The notes: a model not told the origin generated them from the sequence alone. A stretch of DNA of 32,014 nt from Octopus bimaculoides (GCF_001194135.2 NC_068985.1:35213438-35245451); one strand, 5' to 3'; shown: positions 8,666 to 22,598, counted from the stretch's first letter. Translations and numbers: made by a program.

Positions 8666-9840
8666 AAGCCAAGCTGTAACCAAGCTACTAACTCATGTAG
8701 TCATTTTTCGCTTATTAAATGGTAGTCATAAGATGTACTAAAAATAATAACTAAATAGGCCTTAAATCACGCACCCTATTTTTCTTTTCATTTTGCATAA
8801 TTGTATGAATTCCTATGTGTAGAATAGAAATTCACAAAACTTGTCTGAAAATTCCAAAATATAAAAAATTGATGAGGGGTTATATGGTGTGCATAAAGCA
8901 GAATTTCGTCAATATTTCATTCGTTTACAGTTGACATCATGAGCTGGAACATACAAAATTACAGCTTCCATATTCTGTTTTATGACTGGATAAAAATTAT
9001 GAAACTAAACTTCTGTAACGTTTTTTTTTTTAATTTCTGGAAAAAGAGTATTAGCCCCTGAGATTCAGTGTGGAGAATTGCATCAATACACCAAATTTTA
9101 AAATTTTCACTATACTTTAAAATTACCACAGAAAAGACTCCAGCTCAATCTGAATGTATACCTCACAGCACTATCATAAATCGACAAACTGTAAATAAAG
9201 TAAAATCTATTAACATATCTATTTATTTCAAGATGCACAATTCGTACAAGCAGTATCAGCCAATACCAAAGAATACATACCATCACCACCATCAAAACCC
9301 CAATTCCCACCAAATACTAATTAAACTTTACAGCTTCCACATACATAACCAGGAATCCTAAAATCTGCCACTATTCTCAATGTGACATTGTAGAAAAATG
9401 GAGAGCTTCTGATGTTGTTTTTCATTCTAGTATGCTACAAGTGTTGATGCTAACACAGCTTATTCTGTCTTTACCTGTGTCTGTTGCATCCAGCACATTC
9501 ACTATTTGAAGAACTGGCTCAGTACCACAATGACAGAGCATCATCTAGAACATTGTGCCATAATGCATAATAAAAATGCTTTGCACATCCTCTTAGAAAG
9601 TTTCTTTGCTAAAACGAGCACATGCAGAAAAGCTTTTGGAATGATTTGGGACGCTTTTCCATGTGTACGAATGTGGGATGAAAATTTCATAGGCTGACTA
9701 TAAAGGAGTGATGCAAGGAATTTTGCCTGCATTAATTTCAATTCTCCTAATTAATAAATGCATTGTTTCTTTCTGGATATAATGATATCTGACTGTCCAG
9801 AGAAAACTTCAAAAATAACTGTTAGCAACTTCTCTTGAAA

Positions 9841-10493
9841 ACAGACAAAACTTGGATCGTGCTGTAATCAAGTACCTGCAGGGAAAGTTTTAGTGCTCAA
9901 GGACATTCATGTGGACATAATACATTAAGGGTTGACACTCCAGCCTTATTGTCAGTACAAAAGTGGCAGCTAAATTTAGCAAGGGAAAAGATTGTCTTCA
10001 GAAAAATCATGGTGTGGATGTCCTGCAGCTGCTGCCACCACAGAAAACATTGTGCTCATCACATAATGATGAATGACAAGCAATTGACTATAAATTAAAT
10101 AGCCAGTGTTATTAGCATATCCTGTGAGAGAGAGTTGAGACTGCAAAATGAACATAGCATGACGAAGGTTTCTGCTAGCTCAGTGTCATATGTTCTGACA
10201 CCTGGTCGAAAGTACACCAGGTCGATAGCAATCCATGCAGTGGAAAGAAACACCCCTCTTCACCTGTTCCAATGAAGGACAAGGTTGTTTCATCTACAGA
10301 GAAGGTGATGGCCCAGATTTTTTGGAATGCAAAAGACATTGTGCTTATTGACTGTCTTCATAAGAGTCACACCTTCAATGAAGAGTGTTATGCCAACTTG
10401 CTAAGGCAGTTACGAAAGGCTAATTAGACCAAGCCCAGGAAAACTGGTGAAGAAGGCCGTGTTTCATCAGGAGGATGCCCCAGCACTCAGGTC
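9841..10493 (+). mobile_element. Mariner transposase relic, internally deleted
   Basis: Across frameshifts: RAVIKYLQ, KDIH, QKW, M(T)KVSA, then a deletion, then SMQWK, KVMA.IFW.AK.IVLID.L.K.HT.N..CYANLLRQLRK, VFHQEDAPA. Confidence 0.75.
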
Positions 10494-10838
10494 CTATTAA
10501 GTCGACCCTCATAATAAAAAAATTATTATAATTATTATTATACTTCTGTTTTGATATTAAGAATGAAAAAGTTTATCTTGTTCGTAGAAACTTTTGGACC
10601 TTAGGTTGCACACCCCAAGCAAATTTAGTTCCTGGTCACTGGATGTGTATTTAATAGCGTCACTGAGCTAATGTGTGCATATACAGACTTGAGACGGATA
10701 TATGTCTGTATGTGTGTGTGTCACACACATCCGTCTGAAGACTGTATACGCATCGTAGCACAGTATCTCTAATGTACATACAAGTATACGCGCACAAACA
10801 CGATTTATAACTCCTAGGCGGATGTAAACACTTCATAT

Positions 10839-10844
<6 letters not shown>

Positions 10845-10918
<74 letters not shown>
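10845..10918. repeat. (TA)n microsatellite
   Basis: Directly visible. Confidence 0.95.
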
Positions 10919-10920
<2 letters not shown>

Positions 10921-11976
10921 TGTACCGACACTATGTGCCCCATCATCGATTTGTTTCCTCATAACTTCCTTTTTCTAATGAAATACTCTATCGAAACTTG
11001 TTGCGAAAAAGTTTTTCCGGGGGTCGGAAGAGCAGTTTCGGAAAATGTATACGAGTTGGCTTTGTTTCTACCTAATTTTCAGTAAAATAGATTTTCATTT
11101 AGGAAATTTTCTATAAATACCTTTCAAACAGTGTATACTACGATTGTATCGAATCTAAAATGAAAGAGTAATTGACGGTCTCGCACGCATATACACTGAT
11201 ATAAATCACAAAATGAAACTCTAAAGTTCAATAAGAATTGTGATGTTTGTCATTATAAATGGGAGTAAGCCAACATCTTTTTGTTTTCTTTTACATATTA
11301 AATTCCAATACAAACATAATCTACACCATCTAGATGGTACTTATAGTAAATTTCATTAAGGGAGAAAAAAATGCCCAGTCTCCTGAAAGTTATGAGAAAA
11401 CAAAACAGACTTTTGTGAATTTTCGGAAACTCCTGTCTCCACCTTCGGGAAACTTTTTTCTATAACTAATGCCGATAAAACTAGAATCTGCACCAACTAA
11501 AGTATATTTATAACATTTCATTAAAAGATATCAATTTTTTATGACGTGAGGAGGAAAGAAATCGGGTAGGTGGTGGTGAGGACAAACACGGGTAAATTAC
11601 GTAAACAAACACGTAGGTATGACACACACACACACACGTCTGTGTGTATGCATCACCTTTTACGAATTAATAGAAAAAAATTCAACTTTTACTGTTTTGT
11701 TGGTGTGTAATACGCAGCGGTTGAAAGAAGTTTTGCAAACACCACAACAAGTTTCCGTGTGTGTGTGTGTATTTGTTAAAGTATATAAATGTGTTTAGAT
11801 AGACGTATATATATATATGTTTCAAATAATACATGTAACTCCTACTAAATGTGTTAAGAGCCCTTTTTTGTCGTTTGTCCACTCACTCGTGTGTGTGTGT
11901 GTGTGTGTGTGTGTATTTGATATACATATATCGTCAATAAATCATAAATCCGAAAAAGAAGCACTCTGTGTCTCTC

Positions 11977-11980
<4 letters not shown>

Positions 11981-12052
<72 letters not shown>

Positions 12053-12190
12053 ATATATATATATATATATAGAATATATATATATTCTATATATATATAT
12101 ATATATATATAGTGTTATATAAATATAGAGAGAGAATATATATGTATGCACACATATACATGTGAATGTTACATGTTTATATATATATAT
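11981..12190. repeat. Interrupted (TA)n microsatellite
   Basis: Directly visible. Confidence 0.95.
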
Positions 12191-13064
12191 TATCGGATAA
12201 CAGTAACAATTTATCAACATGTGTGTATACATATTTTATGTGCTCGTGTTTACATAAGCTACTGTGCTTTTTGTGAGGCGCTTAAATAGACATAAAACCT
12301 CCAAATTTAAACCGAATATGAACTTAAACTTCTGTAGTTTGACAGTTGAAATTTATAAAGCAAGTTACGTTTTCTTATATTCAAGCTTTAGATGAATATT
12401 AAACAATATATTTACTTACCGACGGCAATGAATCTTACATATACATTATATAGTGTAAACGCGGATGTAAAACTTAAACCAAGCCTGTTTTGAAGATCAG
12501 AATATATTTTTACCTTGCTTACATTAACTATCGACAACTTTTAGGACAACCAATTGTTTTGTTGTCTACTTCTCTTTCTTACCCTCACTACTACTGTCGT
12601 TCTATTATCGTCTAACCAATTAGGTTATGTAGATAAATAAGCTGAAAGCATTTCAATGTTGTGTGTCCGTTTAGACTCTTCTACTTTCACTTCCTTCTTT
12701 TCTTTCTCTGTGCAATTTATTCTTCTCTCTTTCTTCTACTCTATTTTCACTTCCATTCCACCGAATAAAGAATGAAACTATTTATCACAGAAAGAAGAAC
12801 GGAGAGAGTGTGGGGATGGAGAGAGGGCGGTAATTATTGTTTGTTTTCTCTGTCTCCCTTTTTCTTGTCTTTATTTTTGGCTCTCTAATTTCGTCTTTGT
12901 TCACCCCCACCCACCTCTTTCTCATTTTCAGGAGTAATTTTTCTTTTTACACTATCCCCAACTCCGCATCTCAAAGTTGGCTCTCGTTTATCACACAGGC
13001 CTGTGAAGCATCGTTCCTCTGAGCTTGAGTTACCTTTAGATGGTTCTGCACCTTGAAAGCCACC

Positions 13065-13290
13065 ATCATCCCCATCATCGTTATCATCACCATCATCATC
13101 TTCCTCATCATCATTATCAGTATCATCGTCATTTTACGTTTGTCTTCTATGCTGTCATTAGTCGAACTATTTGGCAGAATCTGATGAGCCAGAGAATTGT
13201 GTTAAGTGCCATTGTCTGCTTTATACGACAGTTTCTACAGATGGGTGCCCTTTCTAATGCCAGTCACTTTACAGAATGTACTGGATGTAT
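13065..13290 (-). mobile_element. Old SINE 3' part with expanded (CAT)n tail
   Basis: cat-rich tract, then ttttacgtttgtcttctatgctg...gtttctacagatgggtgccctttctaatgcc, matching the family tail. Confidence 0.6.
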
Positions 13291-14160
13291 TGTCACTAAT
13301 GAGGTCCCAAATTAACTCACAAGACAATATCTCCTGACTTGAGTTGGGGTGCTGTATTAAGAGACATGGTTTTGTGCCATATGTTGAGAGGTTTAAGTAT
13401 GGTAGAGGGACTGGAACTGTGGAAGAGATATATGGCTACCCCAACTGGAAAGGAGAAAATATGGTGGTAATGAGATGTCAGAGCATATCTTCAAGGGACA
13501 GGGGACAAGTGGGGGTGGATGAATAAGTTCACAAGTGAATGAAAGGTGAGTGACAAATGGTTAGAGATGGAGATAGGGGTGAATGTAATGGATGGTGAAC
13601 GTGGGTAAAAGCAATCAATTGTGAATTTCAGTTTGGGAAGAGGTGAAGGGAAATAGGAATGGGTCATGGAAGATGAGGTGATAAGTAGCAATACTTAAAG
13701 GGATGGTTGTGGGGAGAAATAGAGAGATGATGTGAAGTGTGTAGAGTCAGAGAGAGAGGTAAGTACTGTACAGAGGTACATAAAGGTCAAAATGGTGAGT
13801 AATGAACAAAAGTGGGAAGGCCCAACAATAGCTGATATGTGAAGGTGTTTAGGGTTTGTAAACGACCGTGTGAAGTGAAGGTGACGAGAATGGCTCCTTT
13901 GCAGAGACAAATTGCGCCAATACCAACCAATCACAGTAGTGGACACAACAGGGTCCAAAAGGGTGGCCGATGGTTAGCTGTTATCTACTACGTCCGTATT
14001 TATGTATATATAACAGAGAGAGAGAGAAATTTCCTTCAAGCATACGCTACAGGTTAATGGGGCATTCCTTTGTAAGTTCAATTTAAAAAACAGGTTTTTT
14101 TTTTAGGATAATCAAACCAAATGTTCATCATTTTGAACTACTCACCCAATGAGTATTTCT

Positions 14161-14276
14161 GCCAAATGTAGTGAAAATCCATTCAGCCATTATCCAGTAA
14201 TTTTGCAAACATACAGACAAACAGAAAAAGACAAGTGATTACAATACCCTGATTTCACTTATGTGTGAAGGGTAAT
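14161..14276 (+). mobile_element. 3' end of a non-autonomous Helentron-associated (HINE/DINE-like) repeat
   Basis: gccaaatgtagtgaaaatccattcagcc, then a short acagacaaacag microsatellite, then a terminal stem-loop accct..ttcac ttat gtg..gaagggt (14246-14273). Layout recognised from general knowledge only. Confidence 0.4.
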
Positions 14277-14716
14277 TTTGAGAAATTATGATTGTCTTAA
14301 AAAGTGCTGGGAAAAAAAGCCTACAGAGTAGTCTAGTGAGGAAATATAAGTTAACATGCTTATATACATGCTAGTAGGTATATCATAAATAGATACACAT
14401 GAACCTAGGCAGTATAGTCTTATTTCATCTATGTGATATATTTTGTCACTGAGAATGCAGATAGACTTGACAAGTAGTTGGTGCTATAGCTTTATGTCTG
14501 AAATAAATAGGAAGAATAATCATCAAATACATCACATAAACATGAGACATCTTGATATTTTGGTAACTATTCAACTCTGAACCACTGTTGAACTTAAGAG
14601 AGTAACTCATTTAGCCACATCTAGTTGTTGATTCAAACATGAATGCATACATATGTACATAAGTACAAATGCACAAGCACACACACTTATGCATGCATAC
14701 ATACATACATACATAC

Positions 14717-15870
14717 AAGCGAGAGCATAGGAGGAACCTAATTTCAATGGGGCTAGACTACAAGAAAGCCTTTGACTTTGTTCCCCACTCATGGATGCTA
14801 GAAGTCCTTCAACTTGCTAAAGTTCCAGTGAGAATAGTCAAAGCCATAGCCAACCTGACTTCATTGTGGCAACCAACTTGAAACTAAACATAAACTATGG
14901 ATATGTGCAAGGGCCTGGCAATTGGGTGCACTGGTAGTGCACTTGCATTCCCTAATATTAGAATACAATATCGCAAAGGCATATTCCAAGGAGACAGCCT
15001 CTCTGTGATGTTGTTTATACTTTCTGCAAACCCCTTGTCATTCATGTTAAAGAAGTCTGAAGGATATCTCACTAGTTCACAAGGAAACAGAAATACCAAA
15101 ATTACACACTGTTTCTTTGTGAATGTACCTAATGCACAAAAGGGATAGAGATGCAGGAAAAGCCATAAAATGTGACAACCAATGCAGACTTTGTGAAGTT
15201 CACACTGAAGATACCACTCACATCATAAGTAGTTGAGCGAAAATGTTGTCACAGTATTATCTGCCAATGAGACATGATGTTGTAGCTAGGACACTATAAT
15301 GAAATCCATCAGAAGGATAATCCCAAGGACAAAGAAATAAAACCCCACAATATGGTAGAAGCCATAGCCACTCATAACAAAAAGGAATATTGGTGGAATG
15401 TACCAGTGAAGACCTCAATAAAATGTAAGCACAATAGACTTGATATAATGATTTGGGATAGAGAAGAGAAACTGTGCACAGTTGTGGAAATTAGCTGCCC
15501 AGCAGATGTTAACATAAAGCAGAAGATCAGTGAAAAAGAGAACACCTATGCTACACTATTGAGAAATCTACAGTTACTCTATCCAAGTTACATGTTCAGT
15601 TTTATACCTGTAATTATTGGAGCTCTGGGATATATAACACACTGCCCAAATACCAATTTTGAGAAATTAGGCTTCTCAAAATCAGAAAGGAGAAAGCTAA
15701 TTCAAAAACTACAGATCTGATCCATCACTGGAACAGTAAAAATCTGTAAAACTTTCCAGAAGTTTATAATTTAAATATACATGAGCATGTCTAGATATGT
15801 AATTATATGCATGAGAATACATACATTAAACATACAAATCTGCACATACATACATACATACATACATACA

Positions 15871-15907
<37 letters not shown>

Positions 15908-16020
15908 ACAAAAAACCCTGTTGTTGATGTTGAAATTCGAATGAAGGAACCTTGGATCTAGGTTAGAAACCGATTCTTTCTCTATTGGCAAGAAATATTG
16001 AAATTAACTGAATAATGGCA
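14717..16020 (+). mobile_element. R4/Dong-type RLE non-LTR retrotransposon, copy A (5'-truncated, internally deleted, youngest)
   Basis: RRNL..LDYKKAFD.VPHSW, GIFQGDSLS..LF, HCFFV, then a deletion near 15122, then YLMHKRD, CRLC..H zinc knuckle, and RLE NRLDIMIWD..VEISCP..EK. Stop at 15772-15774; probable 3' UTR to 16020. Confidence 0.85.
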
Positions 16021-16126
16021 CACATACATACATACATACATACATACATACATACATACATACATACATACATACATACATACATACATACATACATACA
16101 TACATACATACAAACATACATACATA
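15845..16126. repeat. Two (CATA)n tracts (15845-15900, 16023-16126) around a ~120-bp spacer
   Basis: Directly visible. Confidence 0.95.
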
Positions 16127-16479
16127 TCATGGCACTGATTACAGATATGTTGGTAAAGTGAACTATTCATTTTCATGGGTAATGTTTATTAACCCCAATA
16201 GTTTTTGCCATTAATGCAAGCCTGGGAAAAAATGCTAATCTTCTTTGAGTAAATGCAAAGAAACAACCTTTTTTGAAAAGGTTGTAGTATTAATCAAACA
16301 GTGAACTACATACCACATGAAAAATTGCTATACATACACCATGTTGATGAAAAAACCTGGAATCTGCTATTGCATGTTGTGAAACTATAGAGAAGCATTG
16401 CAGTGAACTTTCAAACTGAACCAAGACCTATACCAATTCTATCGAGAATCACAGCTTGCATCAAAGTTCAAACAAAACT

Positions 16480-18830
16480 TTACTTCTTACATACATAAGG
16501 CATAATATGACAGAATGATACCGACACAAGTTGGGAAAACCAACCAATCTGATGTTATCCCTGATCAACAAAGTTGTAAGGGAACAAGTAGCTCAAATTC
16601 AAGCTCCCAGTTTTGGACAATAAATGTCCTGCTATATTGTATTGCAGTAACTGTGTAACAAGTGATGGGAATAAAAGAGATCACTCCAAAAACTAATACT
16701 GAGCCAAAATGGATTACCAGATTCCAGAATAACATCAATGTACTCAGGGAAAAGATAGGACTGTTGGACACTATCATCAAATATATAGCTAAAAATTAAT
16801 TCACTATAGATTTTCTAGCTAAAATAGATTCTCCAGATTGTATGGAAATTGCTGTCAAGAAACACTCACAAGCAAACTGATTACAATTAAACGCAATCTA
16901 CAAGCAGTAAGTGAAAAACTTTCTTACTGTAAAAAAATTACATGAACGCAAACTGATAAATCAAAAGTTTGTCTGAAACCCACAAGCTGTATATGGCTGT
17001 TTGAAAGGTAATACTGCCAAGGTAGTAAATGCTCTTCCCTAGGAGACCTAGACTCATTCAGATGGAGAATCTGTAATGTAAACCAAAAACACAAGCTTAA
17101 CACAGCATGAACTACAAAGTGAGTATTGTGTAAATGCCTCTCCCAAAATATATAATGTCACCAGTGAAACACACCTGATGGTTATTATAAAACCGCTGAA
17201 TGGAAAATCACTAGGGACCTGATAGTAGGCTAGTGGTATAAAAAGTTTATGTTCTACCAGAAAATTCTTCTGACCATGTTTAAAAAACAATGAACACTGA
17301 GCTAGATATGTACCAGATTGGCTGACAGTTGCATGGACTACTCTTATACCCCAAAACAAAGAGACTCACATGGCCAAACACTATGTTATGTACAAACTGT
17401 TCACAGTTGGTCTTAAAGGCAACTGCCAAACAAATAGTGTGATAATTGATGAACAAGCAGGAGGAAAGGAAGGAGTCTGGGGCTGCAGTGAACTGTTCCA
17501 CCTCAGCAAAACTGTCCTTAAAGAAGCCAAGCAACATCTCTGTAATTTCTTCTCAATATGGATAGACTACAAGAAGATTGCAGAAAACAAAAAAAAGTAC
17601 TTTTGTAGACTCCAGAAAATATGGAACACAACACTGTCTACATTTAACAAAACTATATCTCATAATGCTTTTGCAATGCCAGTGCTAGTACCAATATATA
17701 GGATACTGGACTGGACACTTGATGAGATCCACAGCCTGGACATCAAAACTAGAAACGTACTGACCACCATTGATAACTTCCTCATTAATAACAACATTAA
17801 TAGGATCTATGTAAGACAAGGTGAAAGCAGTAGAGGCATAAGTTCAGTCCAAACAGCCTTTGACTGTCACATTTTATCACTCAGACAACACCTGCTGAAC
17901 AATAAAGTAAGAAATGAATACATTTCATGTATACTCATAAGTGAGAGCAACAACATCTTCCGAGATGAAGAACAACTGTGCTGGTATTCTGAGAATGCAA
18001 TTGTCTCATGTGACCCAAAGAGGTTGGAGTGGCTTTCCTAAACAGAAGCTTGGAGGAGAAGCAGGGATCATACCAGAAAAAAGCAATACATAGGTACATC
18101 TCTCTTAAGCTAGATGATAACAGCAGCATTGACAGAAAGAGTAGCCTCTCCTGGATCTGTGATAGGTACATCACTTCCCACCTGGAAGGATATGCTTCTG
18201 CTATCCAGGAACAAGTGATAATATCTAAATATCTGATAAACTACTAAATATCTGATAAACAAGAGAGACAAAGATACCACCAAACCTCCACATTGTGAGA
18301 GAAAATATTCGTTCTGCTATACCAGTATGGAAGATATCACCCACATCATCAGCAACTCCCCCAAATTGTTTACAAGATACTACCTGGTCCTGATGTATGA
18401 CATAGTTGCAAAGACTATTTACAATGCTATTTGCAGGAAGGATTGTTCTGATGTATAATATCAAAGGCATGTCAGAACCAGCATGTATTCACACCTTTAA
18501 AAACAAGAAATATTGGTAGAAAACTCCAAACAGCAATTCAGTGCAAACATAACAGACTTGTTATCTTTCTGTGGGACATGGAACAAAAATCATGCACTGT
18601 CGTTGAGGTTAGTTGCCTAGTGGATGTGAATGTATCATTAAAAGACCTGGAAAAAAGGAACATTTATGGTAAATTAATGCAGAACTTAAAAGCTCTTGTA
18701 CTCTAACTTTGAATCCTCCTTTATTCCAAGCATCATAGCTATGTCCCTACAAATTTACACAAAAACCTAGAAATATTAGATATTTTGAAGAAAGAGCAAA
18801 AGAAAGTTTTAGTGGCACAAGGAAGATTTC
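16480..18830 (+). mobile_element. R4/Dong-type retrotransposon, copy B (older; RT core deleted)
   Basis: WTINVLLYCIAV, PKWI, PDWLT..WTTLIP, EQAGGKEGVWGC, WIDYKK, then a deletion near 17577, then HNAFAMPVL..ILDWT..LDIKTR, AIQEQ, KYLINKRD, degenerate knuckle, and CKHNRL..WD..VEVSC. Confidence 0.8.
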
Positions 18831-19959
18831 AGTGTGTTCATTGACTGCTCAACCGATACACTATCACAACTACATATTTACAAACACCAGGAACTCTTTT
18901 GATTCAAAAAGTCATGTCACGTTGTTAGCAACTGACATGATCTCTTTTAAGAATAACTTAAATAAAACTCAAACAAAAACCTATATACATACATGCTTAC
19001 ACACACACGACACACTTGCTGAGAGCTGTTGCACAATTGGCCTGGGAGAAAGAATATTCACTAAATATATGATGAATACTCTCACCAAAATGAATGCCAT
19101 AATTATCAGCCTCATTAAATGATTCATTATTCTCCTGATTATATACACTGAAAAAACATTTTATTCACTATTGTAGTGAAATTCACTTTAAACATGAATT
19201 TACCACACAGAAATCTATTACAAACAGCATGGATAGAAATGACAAATTTAAACTAACTAAAGAAGAGTTGAAACAGGACATGGAGAGATGTAAACAAAAT
19301 CTTTTCAGTTGTCGTTACAGAAAGAATCATAACTAATAAAACGCATTCTTCTAGGAATTATAAAACTTAATAACGATCTACTTAAAATGGCAAAAGAAGA
19401 TCCTTTTTGACTATATGAAAACAATGAAATCATACTGCAATGAACTTCATACAGAACTAAATTATTTCAAATAGAATAATTATGATAATGAGGAAAATTT
19501 TTGTTGAGTGCAAACAGGTATTTGTTTACAGTCATTTTTTTCTGAAAAATTACAAGTATAATTTTTTTTCCTCAAAATGTAAACACTGTACAAATAACAC
19601 CATTTGGATATTCTCCCACATCAGGCATGCATTCAGTAACAAACCAGGCCTCTTCTACTACTATGCTGCCTAAGAGTCAAGTTCACCATTTTACTACCAA
19701 TATACTATCATTTACCCAAACTGACTGTCCTCAATATGCTGTCAGAGAACCTATTAACAACATTGAGTATAAAAAATATACTGAACTGGAAGAGTAAGGA
19801 GTATAGACACTTGCAATGTTATCTCTGTGAAATCTCTCAAGAGAGAATTACTTAATTTCTTAATACTCTACCTTCAGAAAAGATCTCATCTAACTAACAT
19901 AAATAAAAAAAAGTATTAATTCTAATGGTGCATTAAAAAATCAGGGGAGAATATTAATA

Positions 19960-22185
19960 AAGTGTAAAGATCTCTTATTTTGGCAAATTATTACTTGTTT
20001 ATATACCCTCTCAACAACTGCAATGTAGCACCTTAGACATACTGAAAAATTAAAGGATTTGGGAAGAAAATAAAAGGATGGTTGATTTATGCAAACAAAT
20101 ACTACACATATATCTAGCAAAGAATGAAAAATAAAATAGAAACAATGTTCGGAGATAATAAAAAGAGAGGACATTTGTATACAAATTAATTGCCCTTAAA
20201 TAGGAACTAAAAGTTGTCAGTGAAAAATTCTGGCATCAGTAAAAAGCAGTTGAAATAAAAAAAGATTAACATGAAATTTAATTGAAACCAATCAGCAGTT
20301 TACAGAGATATGAGAGGACAATGGATAAATGTTACATTACTTCCTTCTTGTGAAGATGAGTCATTCTGGAAAAAAAATCTGGAGTCAGGATAAGGAGTTT
20401 AATCCAAAGGGTGTAGAGAGGTTAGAAAAAATCTGAAACAAATATTGTCTCTGTATTAGACAAAAGGCATACAACATCAAAAATGCGACTCTCAACATGG
20501 TTATTCAAAAGCTTCAGGATAGGAAAGCATCAGGAAGGACCCAATTATCAGAGACTAGTACAAAAAAACTGAACTTCTATCAGAAGAATTTCATTGATGT
20601 TTACTTCTAAGCTCTCAGTGGAGATAAAAAAAACAAACCAACCTGTTTGGTAGTGACAGAAACAAAACTGACATCCAAAAGCAATGCTACTTGCATGGTG
20701 AAAATTACCAACCAATTACATGCCAGAATCTCATCTATAAAACCTATATAGCCTACTTGAACTTATGCTTTCAAGAAATTCTGGTAGTTATAATATCATC
20801 ACAGCTAGACAAGCAGCTGAGAAGAAAGGATTTGGGAAGTATCGAACAGCTCTTGATTAACAAAATTATGATGTCAGATATGTGGTAGCAGAGGAGGAAC
20901 TTGGTCATTGTCTGACTAGATTGCAAGAAACATTCAATTCTGTTCTCAACTCATAGATGTTAGAATCCCTTCAACTTGTTAAAGTTCCAGATACCATTAT
21001 TAAGATCATAAAGAAGCTAACTTTATTCTGGGTCACAATTCTGAAGTTGATTACATCGACCTCCACAAGGAAGTGGCCCTATTGTCACTGAGATATATTG
21101 CAAGATTACAGTCTCTCTATGATACTGTTTATGTTTTCAATAATCAACTTGTCACTGACCTGAAGGAAATTTGAAGGTTATGCAAATTGGCTCACAGGAA
21201 GATAGAAAAAAACCAATTTAACAATTTGTTTCTTAGTGGATGATTTGATAGAATATATCAAGAATATGAATGGTATGAAGAAATGCCTTAGCCTGGTTAT
21301 GACATTCATGCAAAAGATACAGGGGTGGAGTTTGCAAAGAGAAATGTTTTTACATGATTGCAAAACAAGAGAACTACTAGCTCATCTAGCAGCATTTCTT
21401 CATTTCTACCAATGACTTGTCTACTTCACTGATATCAGATGAAGAATGGCACTTAAAGATGGATGAAAATATTAACTGTAATAGAAATTCTAACAGGATA
21501 TGTGTAAGCTAGGAATATTAAGCTAGTAGAAAGAAAATATTGTCCTCAGCATTTTATGTGCACAATAAATCATTACCCCAAATATGCTAACTGTACCGGT
21601 ACTAATATCAACATTTGGACTTCTTAACTAGCTACTAGATAAGATCTGCATTATTAAGGTTAAAGTCCTGTTAATTTATAAAAACAACTGACATAGACTA
21701 CTTTTACTTAAAATAAAATTAAAGAGCAGAGGCTTAACATCGATTTAAACAGCATTTGAATCGTATACCTTCAACAGCTTCTACTGACCACCAGATGTTG
21801 AAATTTAGCTATGGAGCATGGCTACATATACGAGGTAGATAACATCATAATAGTTTGAAAGGAGCTTTTCAGAAAGTATTCCCTGACTTATGATCAGGGA
21901 TACACACCCAGAGAAGTTGAACAACTCTAAAGGATATGTTTTTGCAATACTAGAATCAGAAATAACAACTACTTGAGGAATAAAATTTACAAAAGGGATA
22001 TAGACACAAGTAAACCACCCAGATCATAAAAAAAAGCTATAGAAAGGATAATCCTGAGGATACAAATATAAGATGCTACTGAGATATGTAGAACATAATC
22101 CAACAAAATATGAAAGAATACTGGTGGAATATAGACTAACAAAATGTGAACTTAACAGACTAAATTTAATGATCTGCACACTTGC
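19960..22185 (+). mobile_element. R4/Dong-type retrotransposon, copy C (most decayed)
   Basis: LFWQII, FWKKIWS, ENYQPITCQNLIYK, EQLLINKIMM, RRNLVIV*LDCKK, FLVDDL (DD at 21239-21244), and RLE-like TKCELNRLNLMI near 22140-22180. The 5' boundary may extend further upstream. Confidence 0.7.
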
Positions 22186-22207
22186 AATAAGTCACTTGGT
22201 AGTTCAT

Positions 22208-22325
22208 TGTCATTATCCTTATCTTTTAAACATCTGTTGACCATGCTGGCATGAGATGGACGGTTTGACCAGGACTGGTGAGCTGAAAGACTGCACCAGA
22301 CTCCAGTCGTATTTGCCATTGTTGT
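22208..22325 (-). mobile_element. SINE tail remnant
   Basis: catgctggcatgagatggacggtttgaccaggactggtgag...gcaccagactccagtc matches the family tail. Confidence 0.6.
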
Positions 22326-22598
22326 TAACATAATATTAAAGATAGTAAAAAAAGAACAAATCCATGTTGAATTAATGAAAAATCTGCTTTTAATCCATCC
22401 AGATTATGGTTCTATATTTCTACCAATGGTTTTGGAAGCACATAAAGTCAGAAAGAACATACCTAATCAAGAGATTACAAGTAATCAAAAGCACTATCAA
22501 AATAGATAAAACAAACAAGAAGTTTAACAGGTTATAAGTATACATACATACTTGTATATGCTTATCTATATAAATGTGAAGATATTATACATATAGGT

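Noticed and set aside
9233-9324. Possible terminal exon DAQFVQAVSANTKEYIPSPPSKPQFPPNTN*
   Set aside because: No homology recognised and no upstream exon could be linked; needs RNA-seq.
10692-10741. Hairpin (AGACGGAT..ATCCGTCT) followed by CTGAAGA as a ribozyme
   Set aside because: No GAAA or cleavage triplet at suitable spacing; the hairpin is partly TG/CA microsatellite.
13340-13990. Purine-rich block with several 60-87 aa ORFs
   Set aside because: Probably an old repeat, but I found no diagnostic motif to assign it.
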